From the human T2T-CHM13v2.0 reference genome, Homo sapiens, in NCBI RefSeq assembly GCF_009914755.1, contig NC_060925.1: a DNA stretch of 64,000 nt. One strand, written 5' to 3'. The position numbers were made by a program, and so were the translations under genes. The notes beneath the pieces are model-generated. The model saw nothing but the letters and a program-made list of their open reading frames with translations, was not told the origin of the DNA and searched no databases. Positions 1 through 14,917 of the stretch are shown piece after piece. Each line of letters begins with the position of its first letter. Within the stretch, counting starts at the first letter, position 1.

Positions 1-10
1 GAATTGTGCT

Positions 11-465
11 TGTGAAAGGAAAATATCTTGGACCCCAAAATCACTAAGGGAAACTCCAGCTGGAAGCTGCTTAGGGCAAACCCGCCTCCCATTCTATTCA
101 AAGTTACCCCTCTGCTCACTAAGATAGATGCATATCTGATTTGCCTCCTTTGGAAAGGCTAATCAGAAACTCAAAATGTAACTGTGTCTCACCTGTCTGT
201 GACCTGGAAGCTCCTTCCCGACTTCAGTCTTCCGGACTTTGCTTCAAGTTGTCCCGCCTTTCCAGAGTGAACCAATGTACTTCTTACACATATTGATTGA
301 TGTCTTATGTCTCCCTAAAATGTATAAAACCAATCTGTGCCCTGACCATTTGGGGCACATGTCATCAGGACTTCCTGAGGCTGTGTTATGGGCGTGTGTC
401 CTCAACCTTGGCAAAATAAGCTTTCTAAATTAACTGAGACTTGTCTAAGATTTTCTGGGTTCGCA
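11..465 (+). mobile_element. MER4A-like ERV1 solo LTR
   Basis: Begins TGTGAAAGGAAAATA and ends ...GGGTTCGCA, resembling the recalled MER4A consensus; near-TSD tgct/ggct. Confidence 0.8.
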
Positions 466-641
466 GGCTTGTGATTTACAATGGACCATAAGGTGTAGGA
501 ATAAATAATTTGAGACAGTGTTGATGGCAGGCACAAACTGAGTGGCTTAAAACAATGAAATTTCTCAAATTTACAGTTCTAGAGGTAAGAAGTCTGAAAT
601 GAGTCTCACTGTGCTAAAATCAAGGCATCAGTAGGACATGT

Positions 642-1192
642 TGTCACAGGGTGAACCTCAAAACTGGGGCTCAGCCTGGGAGGCCACATGGCTTCTTGGC
701 TTCACACAGAAAAGAATTCAAGATTGAGCCAACAGAGTAAAGTGAAAGCAAATTTAGTAAAAAGTAATGGAATAAAAAGTGTGGCTACCCCATAGGCAGA
801 GTAGCCCTGAGAGCTGCTGGTTGGCTATTTCCACGGTTATTTTTGATCATAGCTAAACAAGAGGTGGACTCTTTATGAATTTTCTGGGAAAGGAAAGGGG
901 CACGGAATTCCTGGAATGAGGGTTCCCTCCGTTTTTCGACCATATCTTTCCACCATAACTTTGGGATGTTGCCTGGCATTTGTAAACTGTCTTGGCAGCT
1001 GGTGGGAGTGTCTTTTAGCATGCGGATACATTATAATTAACATATAATGAGGAGTGAGGATGACTAGAGGCCGCTTTCGTCACCATCTTGGTTCTGGCTG
1101 ATTTTGGCTGGCTTCTTTACTGTATGTTGTTTTATCAGTGGGGTCATTGTGACCTGTGTCTTAAAAACCAAGTCCTGCTGAACTCCTATTTC
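642..1192 (-). mobile_element. ERV1-class LTR (MER4 group) adjacent to an MLT1-like fragment at about 530-640
   Basis: Typical antisense LTR motifs (ttcttggcttc...gaattcaag...aaagtgaaagcaa); family not resolved. Confidence 0.6.
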
Positions 1193-1359
1193 AATGTGAT
1201 TGTTACCAAGTTAGTGAAGAGGAGATTTGGGTCAGGGAGGTATGGCAGGGAACCCGATCCCACAGGCCTTGTGGGCCATTGTAAGGGCTCTGAGTGAGAT
1301 CTGAGCCACTGGAAGGGCCTCAGCATATGAATAATGTGATGTGACACATTTAGTTTCTT

Positions 1360-1657
<298 letters not shown>

Positions 1658-2300
1658 GACATATTTTAAAAGGCTCTCTCTGTGTTACGATTAAGAACTG
1701 TAGGATGCAAAGGTAGGGCAGAGAGGGAGACCAGTGAGGAAGCTCTTGTAATAGCCTGAGTGAAAACAAGAAAAAGGAAACCTGGTGATAGGGGCCCAGG
1801 TAGTTGTAGTAGAGGTGGTGAGCGGTGGTAGCATGTTGTTGGATATATTTTAAAGGTGGATTTGATAGATTTCCTCATGGGATGGATGTGAGCTGGAGAA
1901 AAGAAAGGAGGACATAACGATTCTGTTTTTTGCTTCAACAACTGTAGGAAAGGAGGTGCCAGTGATTAAGAAGAGAAAACTGGTATAGGGTAGGCCTGGC
2001 TCCTCTCCAGCGCATAATAATGTAGTAAATATGTGCACCACTGTGATCAATCCAAGTACCACAACTCTGTGAGGGGGCATTAATGGACTCCATTTTCCAA
2101 TGAGGAAATTCAGATTCAGGAAGGTAGGGGTCTTGTGCAAGTTAACACAGCCAGTATAAATTAAATTTGGTGCTGAAACAAGGACTTGCTGGCTGGTCCT
2201 GTAGTTCTCACAAGCTCTCAGGCTTGCCTCAGCTTTTCACAGTTGATAGCACCACAATAAAGACACAAACAGGCCTCTAATGTCCTCTTATTGTTCATGA

Positions 2301-2638
<338 letters not shown>

Positions 2639-3402
2639 TAGCTCCTCCCACATATCTTACCAATTTGCTGCAAATTATCTTTTCTCACCTTGTGATTCAT
2701 AGTCCCTTCTGGCCCCCTCAGACCTGATTCTAGGCACTACTTGCCAGATAATAATCTTTTACCTTGTCATGGTTTCTTACATATGCTTCTTTGGAATCTA
2801 CTGGGGTTTCTTGATTGGTAACTGGATATTTTAAAACACAGACTTAATAGGGAGCATGTGTCTCTGCTTTTACAGTTTGCATGTATAATTCAAATCTGGG
2901 TTTTTATATTCATATACAGCCTTGGGAAAAGTTTTTTAAAAAGATTAGTTTGTATACATATTTTATTCATATAGCAATTTTGCTGGGTCTGAGCTTTGAA
3001 TGAGGGTGATATCTTTATGATCATTTTAGCTTCTCATAGATTTAACTTGACAGTATAAAGCTTAAAAAATCAGGCAGTTACCAAACAATTATATTAGGTG
3101 ATAATTCTTAACTACAGAAAAAGATGAATCGCTAGGTTTTTTTTATATGGAATTTTTTCTCTACAGATGAGTATTTGCTACCAGATAGTTAGCAACTTGG
3201 CAGAGAAGCAATAAGGTAACACAACCCAAAGAGAAGATAAAACTTTGCAATTGGAGGTGAATCTGAAAGGCAAGCTAGAATAGCCTGAAATAGCAATGTG
3301 AATCTGAAACTAACATTTGATATTCATTAGGTTAATTTTCACTGAACTTCCTGAGATATACTCTTTATTCAATGAGATAAACTTGTGCAATTTTTGACTT
3401 AT

Positions 3403-3497
3403 GAATAGTTGAATGCAATTATTACTTGGCGTTTAAGACCAATAATTACATTATTACTTGGTCTTAAACACCAAGTAATAATTGCATTCAACTATTC
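3403..3497. repeat. 40-bp inverted repeat with 15-nt spacer
   Basis: 3403-3442 is the reverse complement of 3458-3497 at 39/40 positions. Confidence 0.95.
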
Positions 3498-6400
3498 CTT
3501 AATTCAATAATGCTAGGCACTATTCTGAGTGTTGGAAGATATAGCAGTGGACAAAACTGATAAAACATCTCTGCCTTCATGAAGACTAATGAGGAGACAT
3601 GTGCCCAGTGACAAAGTTTAGAGTCAAGAACAGGTGAGTCCGGGGAAAGAATAGGACTTGTTTGACTGTGGTTGGGATTCTGTGGTGGAAAGCTTTAAAG
3701 AAATGGTGAGGGACAGGGAGGCAGTTAAAATGAGAGTTCTGGGGGTGAGACAGGATGTCAAGATGGAAGGTCCCCAGCCTCTGGAGTAGAGCTCAGGCTA
3801 AGCACTTCCTCTTCCCAGGGGAAAAAGAACTTAAGATCTAGTCAGTGGAAAACAACTTAAGATTTACTCAGTGTTCATTAGGTATTTATTGCATTTTAAA
3901 AAGTTAATTTTTTTCTTCATGCCCAGAGAACTTATTTTATACAAATTTTTGTTTTATGAAGGACTTAAACAGAATTTTTTATCAAAGACTGCTGAAAGAT
4001 TGAATTGTAGAAATATTGGAGGCTAGTTGTGTTATAGTGTGAGGGAGCTGTTTAAAGATACCAAATACAGGGTGGGGATAAATGAATACTTTTTTGAATG
4101 GAAAATAATAGATTTTTTGTGCTCTTAGTTGTCAGAAGAACACAGGATTTTCAATACAGATTAGTTCCGTGATCTTTCCCCTTCTTTGAAAGAAGCAGCA
4201 AAAAACATGCAGGGCAAGTCATGACACAGAAGGCATTGGTGTTGTGTCAGTGCTTCTTCAATAATTTTGCCAGGTGCCCCAAGTTCATAGATTACATTAA
4301 ATTCTTTCAGTATTCAGTTGGAAAAGAGAGGGGTTTCAAATGGAAGAAAATTCTTACAAAACTTTATAGGTTAAAGTAAGTTATAGTGCAAAGCAAGCCT
4401 TTAAATAGAGAAATATAAAGCCAACATAATTTGGAAGAAAATAATGCAAGCTATTGTTAGCATTAGATTAAAAAAACATGAAGTACTAACAATAATATTT
4501 AAAAAACAAAAGCCTCTACATTTAAAAAAATCTCCAAAGGCTAATTGTACATAGACAAGATTATAGCTGTAATCTATGAAGTCATGCAATTTTAAAGTAA
4601 GGACTCAAAATTACACAGGCTACCTTGTTCAAAGTTACCAGCCACATACCAGGACAGGAATGAATCTCAGATTCATTACAGCTGATTTTCTGGAGACGCT
4701 TAATTTTAAGCTGCCGCAGCTGAAACAATGCCAGAAACCATTAGGAATTACATGTCTTGAAAGCCAAACAATAAACATAGTTTTATTATTGGGCAAATCC
4801 ATGCTTAAACAAAGTAAGGACAGCAGAGCTAGAAAGAGAAAGGAGGCAGGATCTTGGTAGAAGATTGACTAGCCCTAAAAGAAGGGGAGGGAATTTTTAT
4901 ATATTTATTTGGGGAGCTAGATAAAAGGAATTGACCTGCTGAGCACAGGCTTAAAAGATTTTGAATTTTTAGCATCTAAAGATGAATACTAAGAAAAACG
5001 AGGGTACAGATGATTAGTGTATAAAACCAAGAAGAATATGGACCAAGCCTGGAATATTTTTAAGGGAGTATTTGCATTCTGAGGATTTCTAACCTAAGTG
5101 AGAACCATGTGACTAAGTCTTTGGCTCTCAATAGCTATTGGCTCATCTGGGCAACTCCTCTCATACTTCCATTGAAGCCAAAGTGTATTAGGTCCACAGT
5201 TTAACATATTTTAAAAGTAGGGCTTAATTAGAAAACATTTACTGAGTACTTGAGATGTGCCTGACCCTGTGCTTAGCACTGAAGATATTGAGATAAATGG
5301 AGAAGTCTCCATACTCCAGGAACTCACAGACTAGTTAGGGAGACAGGATGGTAGATAGTGGCAGTGTGATGAGAGCTGTAATAGAGGCATGCACATGATT
5401 CTATGGAAAAACAGAACTATCACTTAGCTCAGATTGGGTGAGGACTGGGGTTGATGAGAGAGGTTCCTGGATTAAATGGCGTGAGACTGATGAGTGACTT
5501 GAAATTAGCCTGCAGATGGGAATGGGTAGGTTGGAGAAGCTGGAATGTGTTACTAAGAGAAATTGGATTAAGACTCAGCTAAAAAATACCAAGTATCTAC
5601 TATGTTCCAGGTGATTTATACACATTATCTAATCTCTTACATAAGACTCATATGAGATTCTGATTTCATAAATGAGAAAGCTGAGGCTCAAAGAGATTAA
5701 ATGGCTTGCCCATAAAGTGGAAAAAAAAAACATGTTTTAAAGTCCTCTTTTAGTCCACAGTGTCTCCACTTTTAAAAAAGATATAGTTAAAGCTAATCTT
5801 CTAGCCCAATTTCTCTTAGTGTCACTGTGAAAAATAAAACTCTGTCATTATTGTTTGCAGGGATGTCTGGCCTCACTTTGGATAATCTGGACCTTTTCTG
5901 CTGCAAGCATACCACTAGATAGAAAAGAGGACCTGTGAAACATCTTCTCCACATTTCCCTTCCCTAGTGGGAAGCTTATTGTTTCAGAGTCAAGAACTTG
6001 GTTCCAGGCTACAGTCCCATGGCTACCATTCTCTAACTGTTACTTTGCACTTCTAAGGTGTGTTTTTTTAAAATATGATTAATAATGGTGCCTAACTTGT
6101 CAGGCTGTTGTGAGAATCAAAAGAGAAAAATAAATGTAAACTGCTTAATGTATTGCTGGCACATAGAAACTGCTCGAGAAATATTGGCGATTAAAGTGTT
6201 ATACACTTTAAAGTGAACAGGCAAATTCACTTCCCTAAACTCAAGTTTCACTCATTGATTTGAACCTTGGTTGACATTTCATCTTCTCTGAAGCCTACAC
6301 TGTGGATGTAGGCTGTGGATGAAACAGAAACTGACCACAGGGGTCAGGGCCAGGGCTCTGCCAGAGAAGCCAGCTAGATAGAAACTCAATTTTGATGCCA

Positions 6401-6594
6401 CTGTGGAATACTATAGGCACATTTCTATTTGAGATGTGGGTGACTACCTAGTCAAGAGCTGAGAGAGGGATGAGACAATGAAGTAAAGAAGTGGAGGGAA
6501 AAAGAATGTGGAGAGGGAAGGAGAAATGGGATGACCTGGCTGGATACAGATGCAGATGAAGGGCAGATAGAAAGAGAGAAGAATGAGATAGGTA

Positions 6595-6720
6595 AATGAG
6601 AGTGGAAGAGGGATAGGGAGAGAGAGAAGAAGGAGTAGGAGGAGGAAGAAGAGGAAGAAGAAGAGGAGAAGGAGGAGGAGGAAGAGGAGGACGAGGATGA
6701 GAGTGTGATGGGGGAGAAGG
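6595..6720. repeat. GA-rich low-complexity tract, (GGA/GAA)n
   Basis: Nearly pure purine run on the + strand. Confidence 0.9.
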
Positions 6721-8532
6721 AATCCAGAGGAATGAAAGATCCAAGAGATAAGGCAACATACAGTTTTTAAAAAATCTCTGCAGGTGTAGCTAGGTGTCTA
6801 TTACATGAAACTTACTCTTCAGAGGCATTTGCTTTGTAAATTTGTGAGTCATGGAGTAGAAAAAGGAAGTTGACAAAATGACAAGTGCTTCCTTTCTCTC
6901 CTTGAAATAAAAATTGGAGTTTCTGAGAAGGCACCCATTAAAACCAGTTTTTCTCCATTTTTTGGGTTCTCTATGAGCTTTGTTTCATTTCACTGGTGGT
7001 TATTGTCCTGATATGTCTTAGATTTCCATCTTATTTGAACCATAGATCATGAAAGGTGAGCCCATGAAATTAAACTTTTGTTAAAAAGTGGAAGAACTTC
7101 AGAATTGGAAGACCCCCGTCCATGCAGTAATCTCTTCAACAGCATATTTGGCAGATGATCATCCAGGTCCAGTATGGATATCACTACTGGCAGAGTTCAC
7201 AAAAATCAGACCATCCTTTATTGGGTAAGTCTAACAGCTATACAATTTTCAGTTGCACTAAAGTTTGCCTTTTGATAACTTTCACACATTGAGCTTAATG
7301 TCACTAACCAAAGCAACTGAAAAGTGATTTCCCATTTCTTCCTGACAGATCTTTAAATATTGGCTAGTCTTTTAAATTGTTCTTCCTTTTGATGATTTAA
7401 GACCTTTCCTCATTCTGTAGGGCCTCTTCTAGGAAGGTTGTAATTGTAAATGTTCTTCTTCAGTCAAAGTGCTCAAAACAATACAATATGAAACATCATA
7501 GTGGACAATTCATGGCAACAAGGCAGAGTAAGATAATAGAGACTGCCCACCCATCCCAATGCATACTTCAAAGACTTGTAAATACTGAGTGAAATGTAAT
7601 CTAAAGATTTAAAACAACACAGCTGAGCTCAAGGGAGCCTTCCTATAACAAAGAGAAGTATTAAATAGTGAGCAGACAGAGCAGCAGCTCACGGTGTCTT
7701 GGTACTGGTTTTGCCTAGGTGCTGGGGACTGAGTTTCTAATGTCCATGAAGGGACAGAAGACTTTACCTTGGGATAGTGGGAGGTGACACTCTGCAAAAG
7801 AGGTCCCCTAAAACTATATCCTCTAATAAGTGTAAAGTCTATTACAAAGGGACAAAAAACCTTTGCCCACTGGTCCTGGGAAGTGATGAGAAAAATTGCT
7901 AGGGCTCTGGGTTAATGAAAAAGAAAAAAAAAAAAAAGGATCTGGGAGAAATGAAAACCCCAGGCCTGTAATATGCACTGGTTTGGGGGCCTCAGTATTT
8001 TGTTGTTTTCATACGGCGTGAACCAAAAGCTGAGAAACACAAGAACAGGTCCAGAGCCATTGTCATTCCTAGGGCCCTGGCAGAAGCAATTGCAAAGTAG
8101 TTCTACATGGACTTTTTCATAACCTAAAGGATGGTACTTCCACAAGGGAAGATAATGATACAACATTAATAAAAATATCTATGAAGATGAGGACACAATA
8201 GAAAGCACAAGTTACATTGGGAAAAAGAGTCAACAGATACAACAAGATAATTCACATCCCAATAATTAAGGGTAATAAAGCAATATGAAAGAGGTAAGTA
8301 TGCTTAAAATGTTTATTGACCAAAAGAAAGGAACAGAAACCATAGTGAAAAAGAAGACAGTATGATAAAAATAACAGAAAGATGTTTAAAAAATCATATT
8401 TTCAAGAAGTGAAAAATATTGACAAATCAATGGACAAGTTAAAAATAAATAACAGATCAGGGATAGTTGATGGTAAATTTAACAAAGTAGAAGATAGCTC
8501 TGAAGAAACTACTCAAAAATGCATTGAGTGAT

Positions 8533-8958
8533 TATCCTAGTCCATTTTTTTGTTGCTATAACAGAATGCTTGAGACTGTCAAATTTATACAGAAAAGAGG
8601 TTTATTTAGCTCACTGTTCTACAGTGTGGGAAGTTCAAAATTGGGTGGCTGCATCTGAGCTTCTGGTGAGTGCTTTGTGCTGGGTCAAAACATGGTGGAG
8701 AAATGGAAGGGGAACTGGGCATGTGCAAAAATGGGCAAAACATGATAGGCAACCTTGCCTTATATGAACCTCCTCTTGCAGGAACGAATCTATTTCCACG
8801 AGAACTAACCTAGTCTCATCAGAAAGACATGAATCCATCTTAATGATTTTATAATTCTAAAATTATGTCTTAAAGGTGCTACCTAAAAACACTGCCACAT
8901 TGGGGACCAAGTCTCAACATGAGTTTTGGTGGGGACAAGCCATATTCAACCCATAGCA
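8533..8958. mobile_element. MaLR (MST-type) solo LTR
   Basis: tagtccatttt..tgttgctataaca start and catattcaacccatagca end, typical of MST/THE1 LTRs. Confidence 0.75.
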
Positions 8959-9228
8959 GAGATAAACATAAGGAAATTATACAGTGAAGCTAAAGAGACA
9001 TAGAGGATAAGATGGCAAAGCAACCATTAAAACAATGAGAAAATCACAAAACTAAAGAAAATTTTGGGGTTTAATTCTAAAAAGTACAACTACTCTTGGG
9101 TTAATATATGAAAACATTTTTGGTTGGGGTCATTACAAACAAGGTAGTTGTGAACATTCTTGTGCATATCTCCTGACACACGTAGACATGCATTTATGTA
9201 TGTACTCAGGAGTGGAATTGCTAGGTCA

Positions 9229-9472
9229 GACTTCAAATAAACAATCTAATGATGCACCTTAGAGAACTACAAAAGCAAGAACAAACCAAAGTCAAAATTA
9301 GTAGAAGGAAAGAAATAGTAATAATCGGAGCAGAAATAAATGAAATTGAGACTAAAAATCGTACAAAAATCAATGAAATGAAAAGTTTTCTTTTAAAACG
9401 TTAAACAAAATTGGCAAAACTTTAGCTAGACTAACTATGAAAAAAAGAAAATACCCAAATAAATAAAATCAG
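9229..9472 (+). mobile_element. Internal L1 ORF2 fragment flanked by direct repeats
   Basis: Matches L1 ORF2 just after the endonuclease domain; flanked by 21-bp repeats at 9208-9228 and 9473-9493. Confidence 0.75.
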
Positions 9473-10003
9473 AGGTGTGAAATTGCTAGGTCAAATCTAG
9501 ACTAGATTGCTGTTTGATATATATATAGTTTCTATTTCAGTTTATGGTGTATAGTAGGTCTCTATCCACTGTGGATCTACAGAAGTGGTGTGAGACTCTT
9601 TGATCCAATTTTAGATTCTCTGACTCTGCTATATGACCTTAGCCTATAGGGCACATTTCTTTGGTTACCTGTAGAACATATAAAGAGTATATCTACAGTG
9701 TTCATAGCTCCCTAGGCTTCTATTTTATCCAGCAATGCTTGCTATGCTTTTGATATTGTCATGTTACCCCAAATACTGTGTCTACATGCAGAAACATTCT
9801 CCACATATCCTCCCCCTACAAACATGCTTGCACTCACTATCTATATGTTTTAGTTTTGATTCTCCTAGGAAAGGAAGTTTCCTGTTTCTTCAGGGCTGAA
9901 GCTCTGCTTTCCCTCACTCTATCCTACTTCCTTCATCTCAAAAATATGTATTGAGTGCCTAAATTCTCCCAGGAACTATTCTAGGTGCCGAAGACTGCAG
10001 TGA

Positions 10004-10343
<340 letters not shown>

Positions 10344-10458
10344 CTTGTAGAGTCTATACCAGGATTAAATAAGAAAATGGCTATAAAGCACTTACAATAG
10401 TTGCAGATGTAGGATATATGCTTGGAAATTTATCTGTTTAACAAATGTTTATTGAGTT

Positions 10459-10762
10459 CTTCTTCTTTTTTTTTTTTTTTTTTGAGGTGGAGTCTTGCTT
10501 TGTCACCCACGCTGGAGGGCATTGGTGCGTTCTCTGCTCACTGCAACCTCCATCTCTCAGGTTCAAGCAATTCTCCTGCCTCAGCCTCCCGAGTAGCTGG
10601 GATTATAGGCACATGCCACCAGCTTGGTTAATTTTTGTATTTTTAGTAGAGACAGGGTTTCACCATATTGGCCAGGCTGGTCTCAAACTCCTGACCTCTG
10701 GTGATCTATCTGCCTCAGCCACCCAAAGTGCTGGGATTATAGGCGTGAGGCACCATGCCTGG
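10459..10762 (-). mobile_element. AluS
   Basis: Complete antisense Alu. Confidence 0.9.
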
Positions 10763-11853
10763 AAGAGTATCTATAATGTTCTAATCAGTGTAGTAGGCAC
10801 TGGGACCAGAGTATTAAGACCAGAGGCAAGAGATCAGTAAATAAACATGCAACATAAATGAGCCACTTAATTTCAGATAGTGATATGGGTGTATAATTCA
10901 CATAAATCAGTGAGAGCAAACAAAAAGTAGTTTGGAGATCAATGGGAAAGTTTTATTTTAGAAACTTAAATCAAGCCAGCCAACTGAACAGTATGGCTAG
11001 GAGTAAAAAAAGAATCAAAATGTAATGCTGGTCGTTAAAAGAGAACTAAGCAAATCAACATATGGCAATCAGAACCAATCAGAATACAATCTAGAGAGAC
11101 AGGGGACTTTGATGCCAGACAGCTAATCAGGAGTAAGCAGGTTGCACCTATTATTCCTCTCACTAATAAAATGAAAAAAAAAATACACTGCCCTCATATT
11201 ACTTGGGCTTCTTATACCTTAACTATTCAATGACAATTTGTATCTGTAGCTATTTTTACTCAAATCATTTGTAATTCTTTGATTCTAGTTCTGTCTTCCT
11301 CCCATCCAAGAAATTCTTATGCTCTCCTCCAGCTGTGATGGCCCAGGATTATAGAATACCAAAAGAAAAGAAACCACACCATTCATATCACTGACACACC
11401 TCCTCAGAGGGGAAGGTGCAACCTCAGAATGCAGCTATGAGGAATAAAATATGCTGGACCAGGAGTTAGAAGATCAAAATTCCAGTTCCATCCCCAAATC
11501 ATTAACTGTGTGCTGCTTTGGATTTGTTTCTCTTTGATTTAGTTTCCTCATTTACAAATTAAGAATAGTAATCCCTGTCTCTCATAGTTGCTGTGGGGAT
11601 TAAACAAAATGGTATATGTGAAAGGTCTTTGGAAACTAAAACTACTTTAAAAGTGAAGGAAGTGATTAGTAGTCTAAGGGCATAGATCACAGCCAGTCCC
11701 TGGGAAAAGCAGAAAGTACAGTGGATTGAGTTTGCTCCCACCCTGGGCTTTTTCTTAAAATGTTTTTAACAGCTTTATTGAGATATCATTAACATATACA
11801 AATTGTATATGTTTAAGGCATAGAATTTGGTATTTTGATATTTGTATACATTG

Positions 11854-12531
11854 TGTTAAATTAAATTTGACCTAAAGCTGCCTCTGTATGTAGTGAAGTA
11901 TAACCTAACTTAATATGTAAACAAACAGCAACACAACTTAACAGTATACTCTTATGACAAGTAACCAGCAGGGCGTGGTGGCTTATGCCTGTTATTCCAG
12001 CACTTTGGGAGGCTGAGGCGGGTGGATCACTTGTGATCAGGAGTTCTAGACCATCCTAGACAATATGTTGAAACCCCATCTCTACTAAAAAATGCAAAAA
12101 CAGTTAGCCGGGCATGGTGGTGCATGCTTGTAGTCCCAGCTACTTGGGAGGCTGAAGTGGGAGGTGGAGGTTGCAGTGAACTGAGGTTGTGCCACTGCAC
12201 TCCAGCCTAGGTGACAGATCAAGACTCTGTCTCAAAAAAAAAAACAAAAAAAAATAAGCAAACAAGTAACCAAGCCTCAGCCAATCATAGCAGCCAATTA
12301 TAGGCTGCAAACTGCTCAAACATGTTGAAATAAGGCAAATGCAGAGCTGTAACCAATCAGGCTATTTATGTATGTAATTTCCTTTTTCTTTCTATAAATA
12401 CTGCCTGTCAATGTTGCTGGGTGGAGCTCTCTCAATCTTCAGTGGTTCAGGGTGCTGCCCAATTCATGAATCATTTCCTTGCTCAAATAAACTCTGCTAA
12501 ATTTAATTTGTCTAAAGATTTTCTTTTAATA
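11854..12531 (+). mobile_element. MER57-type 5' LTR, interrupted by an Alu at about 11968-12255
   Basis: Starts TGTTAAATTAAATTTGACCTAAAGCTGCC; contains CCAAT boxes, TATAAA and AATAAA; ends ttttcttttaata directly before a PBS. Confidence 0.8.
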
Positions 12532-12534
12532 GAT

Positions 12535-12552
12535 TGGTGTAAGAAGTGGGAT
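12535..12552 (+). other. Retroviral primer-binding site, tRNA-Leu type
   Basis: TGGTGTAAGAAGTGGGAT is a 17/18 match to TGGTGTCAGAAGTGGGAT, the complement of a tRNA-Leu 3' end. Confidence 0.75.
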
Positions 12553-14917
12553 CTGAAGTAGATGTCTAGTAACCAACAGGAGCACTGAGTTACCAAGTAA
12601 AGGTACTTACTAGCATTCAATGTGCCCATTGATCTCTCATAGCAACTGGGATCTGGATAAGTTCTTTCCCAGTTTCAACCTCCGTGGAACTGTGTTGTGT
12701 CCTCTTCAACTTTATTTGAGGAATTTTTACTGAACTGGATCCAGGATCAGATTGTGTCTGATAACTAACTAGATTGGTTCCAGTTAGAGACCTCGGGTAC
12801 GTACCTTTTGAAATGAGTTCCTCCAAATCTAAGAAGCCTAGGACTCCATTTTTTGGGACAATAGCTAATGTTTTATACAAAAATTATGAGCTCTGAACCT
12901 GTGCATTTTTGGAAAAAACTGGTTAATTTTACTAAGAACAACTTAGAATTACAGTCATCACAATGTGGAAGTTTTAACCTAGTTAAAAATATTCACTTAT
13001 GAGGTGCATTAGGAAAGAAAGGATCCAAAATGCCAAAAAAGAAAGGTGATACATTCTTTAATTGGTGCATAGAAGTATCTAAACATTTAAATTAAATCAA
13101 AGTTTGCCTCTTTAAAAGTTTCCTTAAAAAAGACAAATGAAAACAAATCTTAAAAGTCTTTTTAATAATTATTAGTCAAAAGCTTTAGCCATCTGTGCTG
13201 GAAATCTTGTTCTATGGTCTAGAAAAACAATTTGAGCCCAGATACTCTTTAATAAATTAGTGAGTTTGCATTATTGTACCTGACACATGGCTAAAATTTT
13301 TGAATAAAAGCTCTAAGGTCTTTTTCTGTCTAGATGTTTATGTATGTGATGGAATTATTTATATGTTTTTCTAAAAATTGAGCATTAATATAAAAATACA
13401 TTGATACAAAACTAGAACTTGGTCCACCTGTTAAAACAACACAACTTTTTTGCAGTATTTATCTGCTCTGAATAGGAAATTGGGAAAGGTCTTCCTTTAC
13501 CTTTTGCATAATTGGCCCAAAAAACAAAGATTCCATGTTTTACCAAGATAATTTCCTTTGCTTTATGTTGTCTTTTTCAGGTTTTTGATTACTTAAGAAC
13601 GCTGAGACTTCTCTACTAAAAGAGCTCAGGTTTTTCTATAACTATGTAACTTTCTATATTTGTCTTTGAAGTCTTTTAATATTACCTTGGTTAAATAAAT
13701 GAATTGTTCACAGTGACCTGTGATCCTATTTTGATCAAATATTTTAACTCTTTGATATTTTTGATAAACTTCTAAAATCAAATTCTAAATTAATTCTTTT
13801 TCTGGACCTCAAATAAACTTTGGTATTTTCAAGATGAACTTTTGGAACTTTTCAAAGGAATACCTCTCCTGATAAAAAGAGAGATACTAAAATAACTGGG
13901 CTTATTTGACATATTAAATTATATGGGAAGCATTGTCAAATAATAAAAGTAATGCCAAATTTTCTTTGAGCCCTATTTGCATAGATATGTTATTGATGTG
14001 TTTCAGAAACTGTATAAAGTTTATAGAAATCTAATAGTCCTAGTATAACTCTAACAGTTATAATTCTAGTTATTATCTTAAAATGTTTTATGCAACAGAA
14101 ATAACCAAAACACTTTGTCAATTGAATCATTATTATAATGAACTGTCATCATATCTTTAACCATGGACATTTCAGGTCTTGTCATTCACAGGTGGTTAAT
14201 TGTTTACTCTGATACTTTCCTAACTATAAGCCTAAAGTGTTTCATCTTCATGGAGATTAATGAAAAATACTCTAACAAGTACAGGTTTCTGATAACTTCA
14301 AGATCATACCATTGGACTGGGCAAGAACTCCCAGAACTTTAGTGGAGCAAGTGACTGGTTCACAAAACTAACCCAATATCAGGCAGAACAAGAATTAATT
14401 AAATACCAAGGAAATGACCTGGCGGATTTTCCTACTAAGTCAGCCAGTACTGAAATTATTAAGATATGCAATTTGAATGAACTCCAAAAAGATTGAGTTA
14501 AGTCAAATTACCTATGATAACTTATTTAACAAACAATGCTATGCACCTGGATGGCTACCTGCTTCTTCCTGAGTCCTTAAAGTTTCCATTATCAAAAGCT
14601 CTGCACTCCATGACTTATCATGGAAGAGATAAAAGGATCCAAATTGTGAAAAAATATTGATGGGGCGACTCTTCTAAAAGTGCTAAATGTTTGGCTTGTC
14701 AAACCCATAATTCTGATAAGACAATCAAAAGTTTAGGTGGTGTATTTTTACCATTTGAGGGATCACTTGAACTTTCACAGGTAGACTGTGAATTTCGATT
14801 TCTACCCTTAATGAGGTGTCATAATGTTCTTGTAATACTTTGCATGTTTTCTGATTGTATAAAAGCTTTCCCATGTAGAAAAGCTGATGCTATGATGATA
14901 GTTAAGAAGTTATTAGT

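Noticed and set aside
6448-6759. Pro/Ser/Leu-rich 103-aa ORF
   Set aside because: Translation of the reverse strand of the GA-rich tract.
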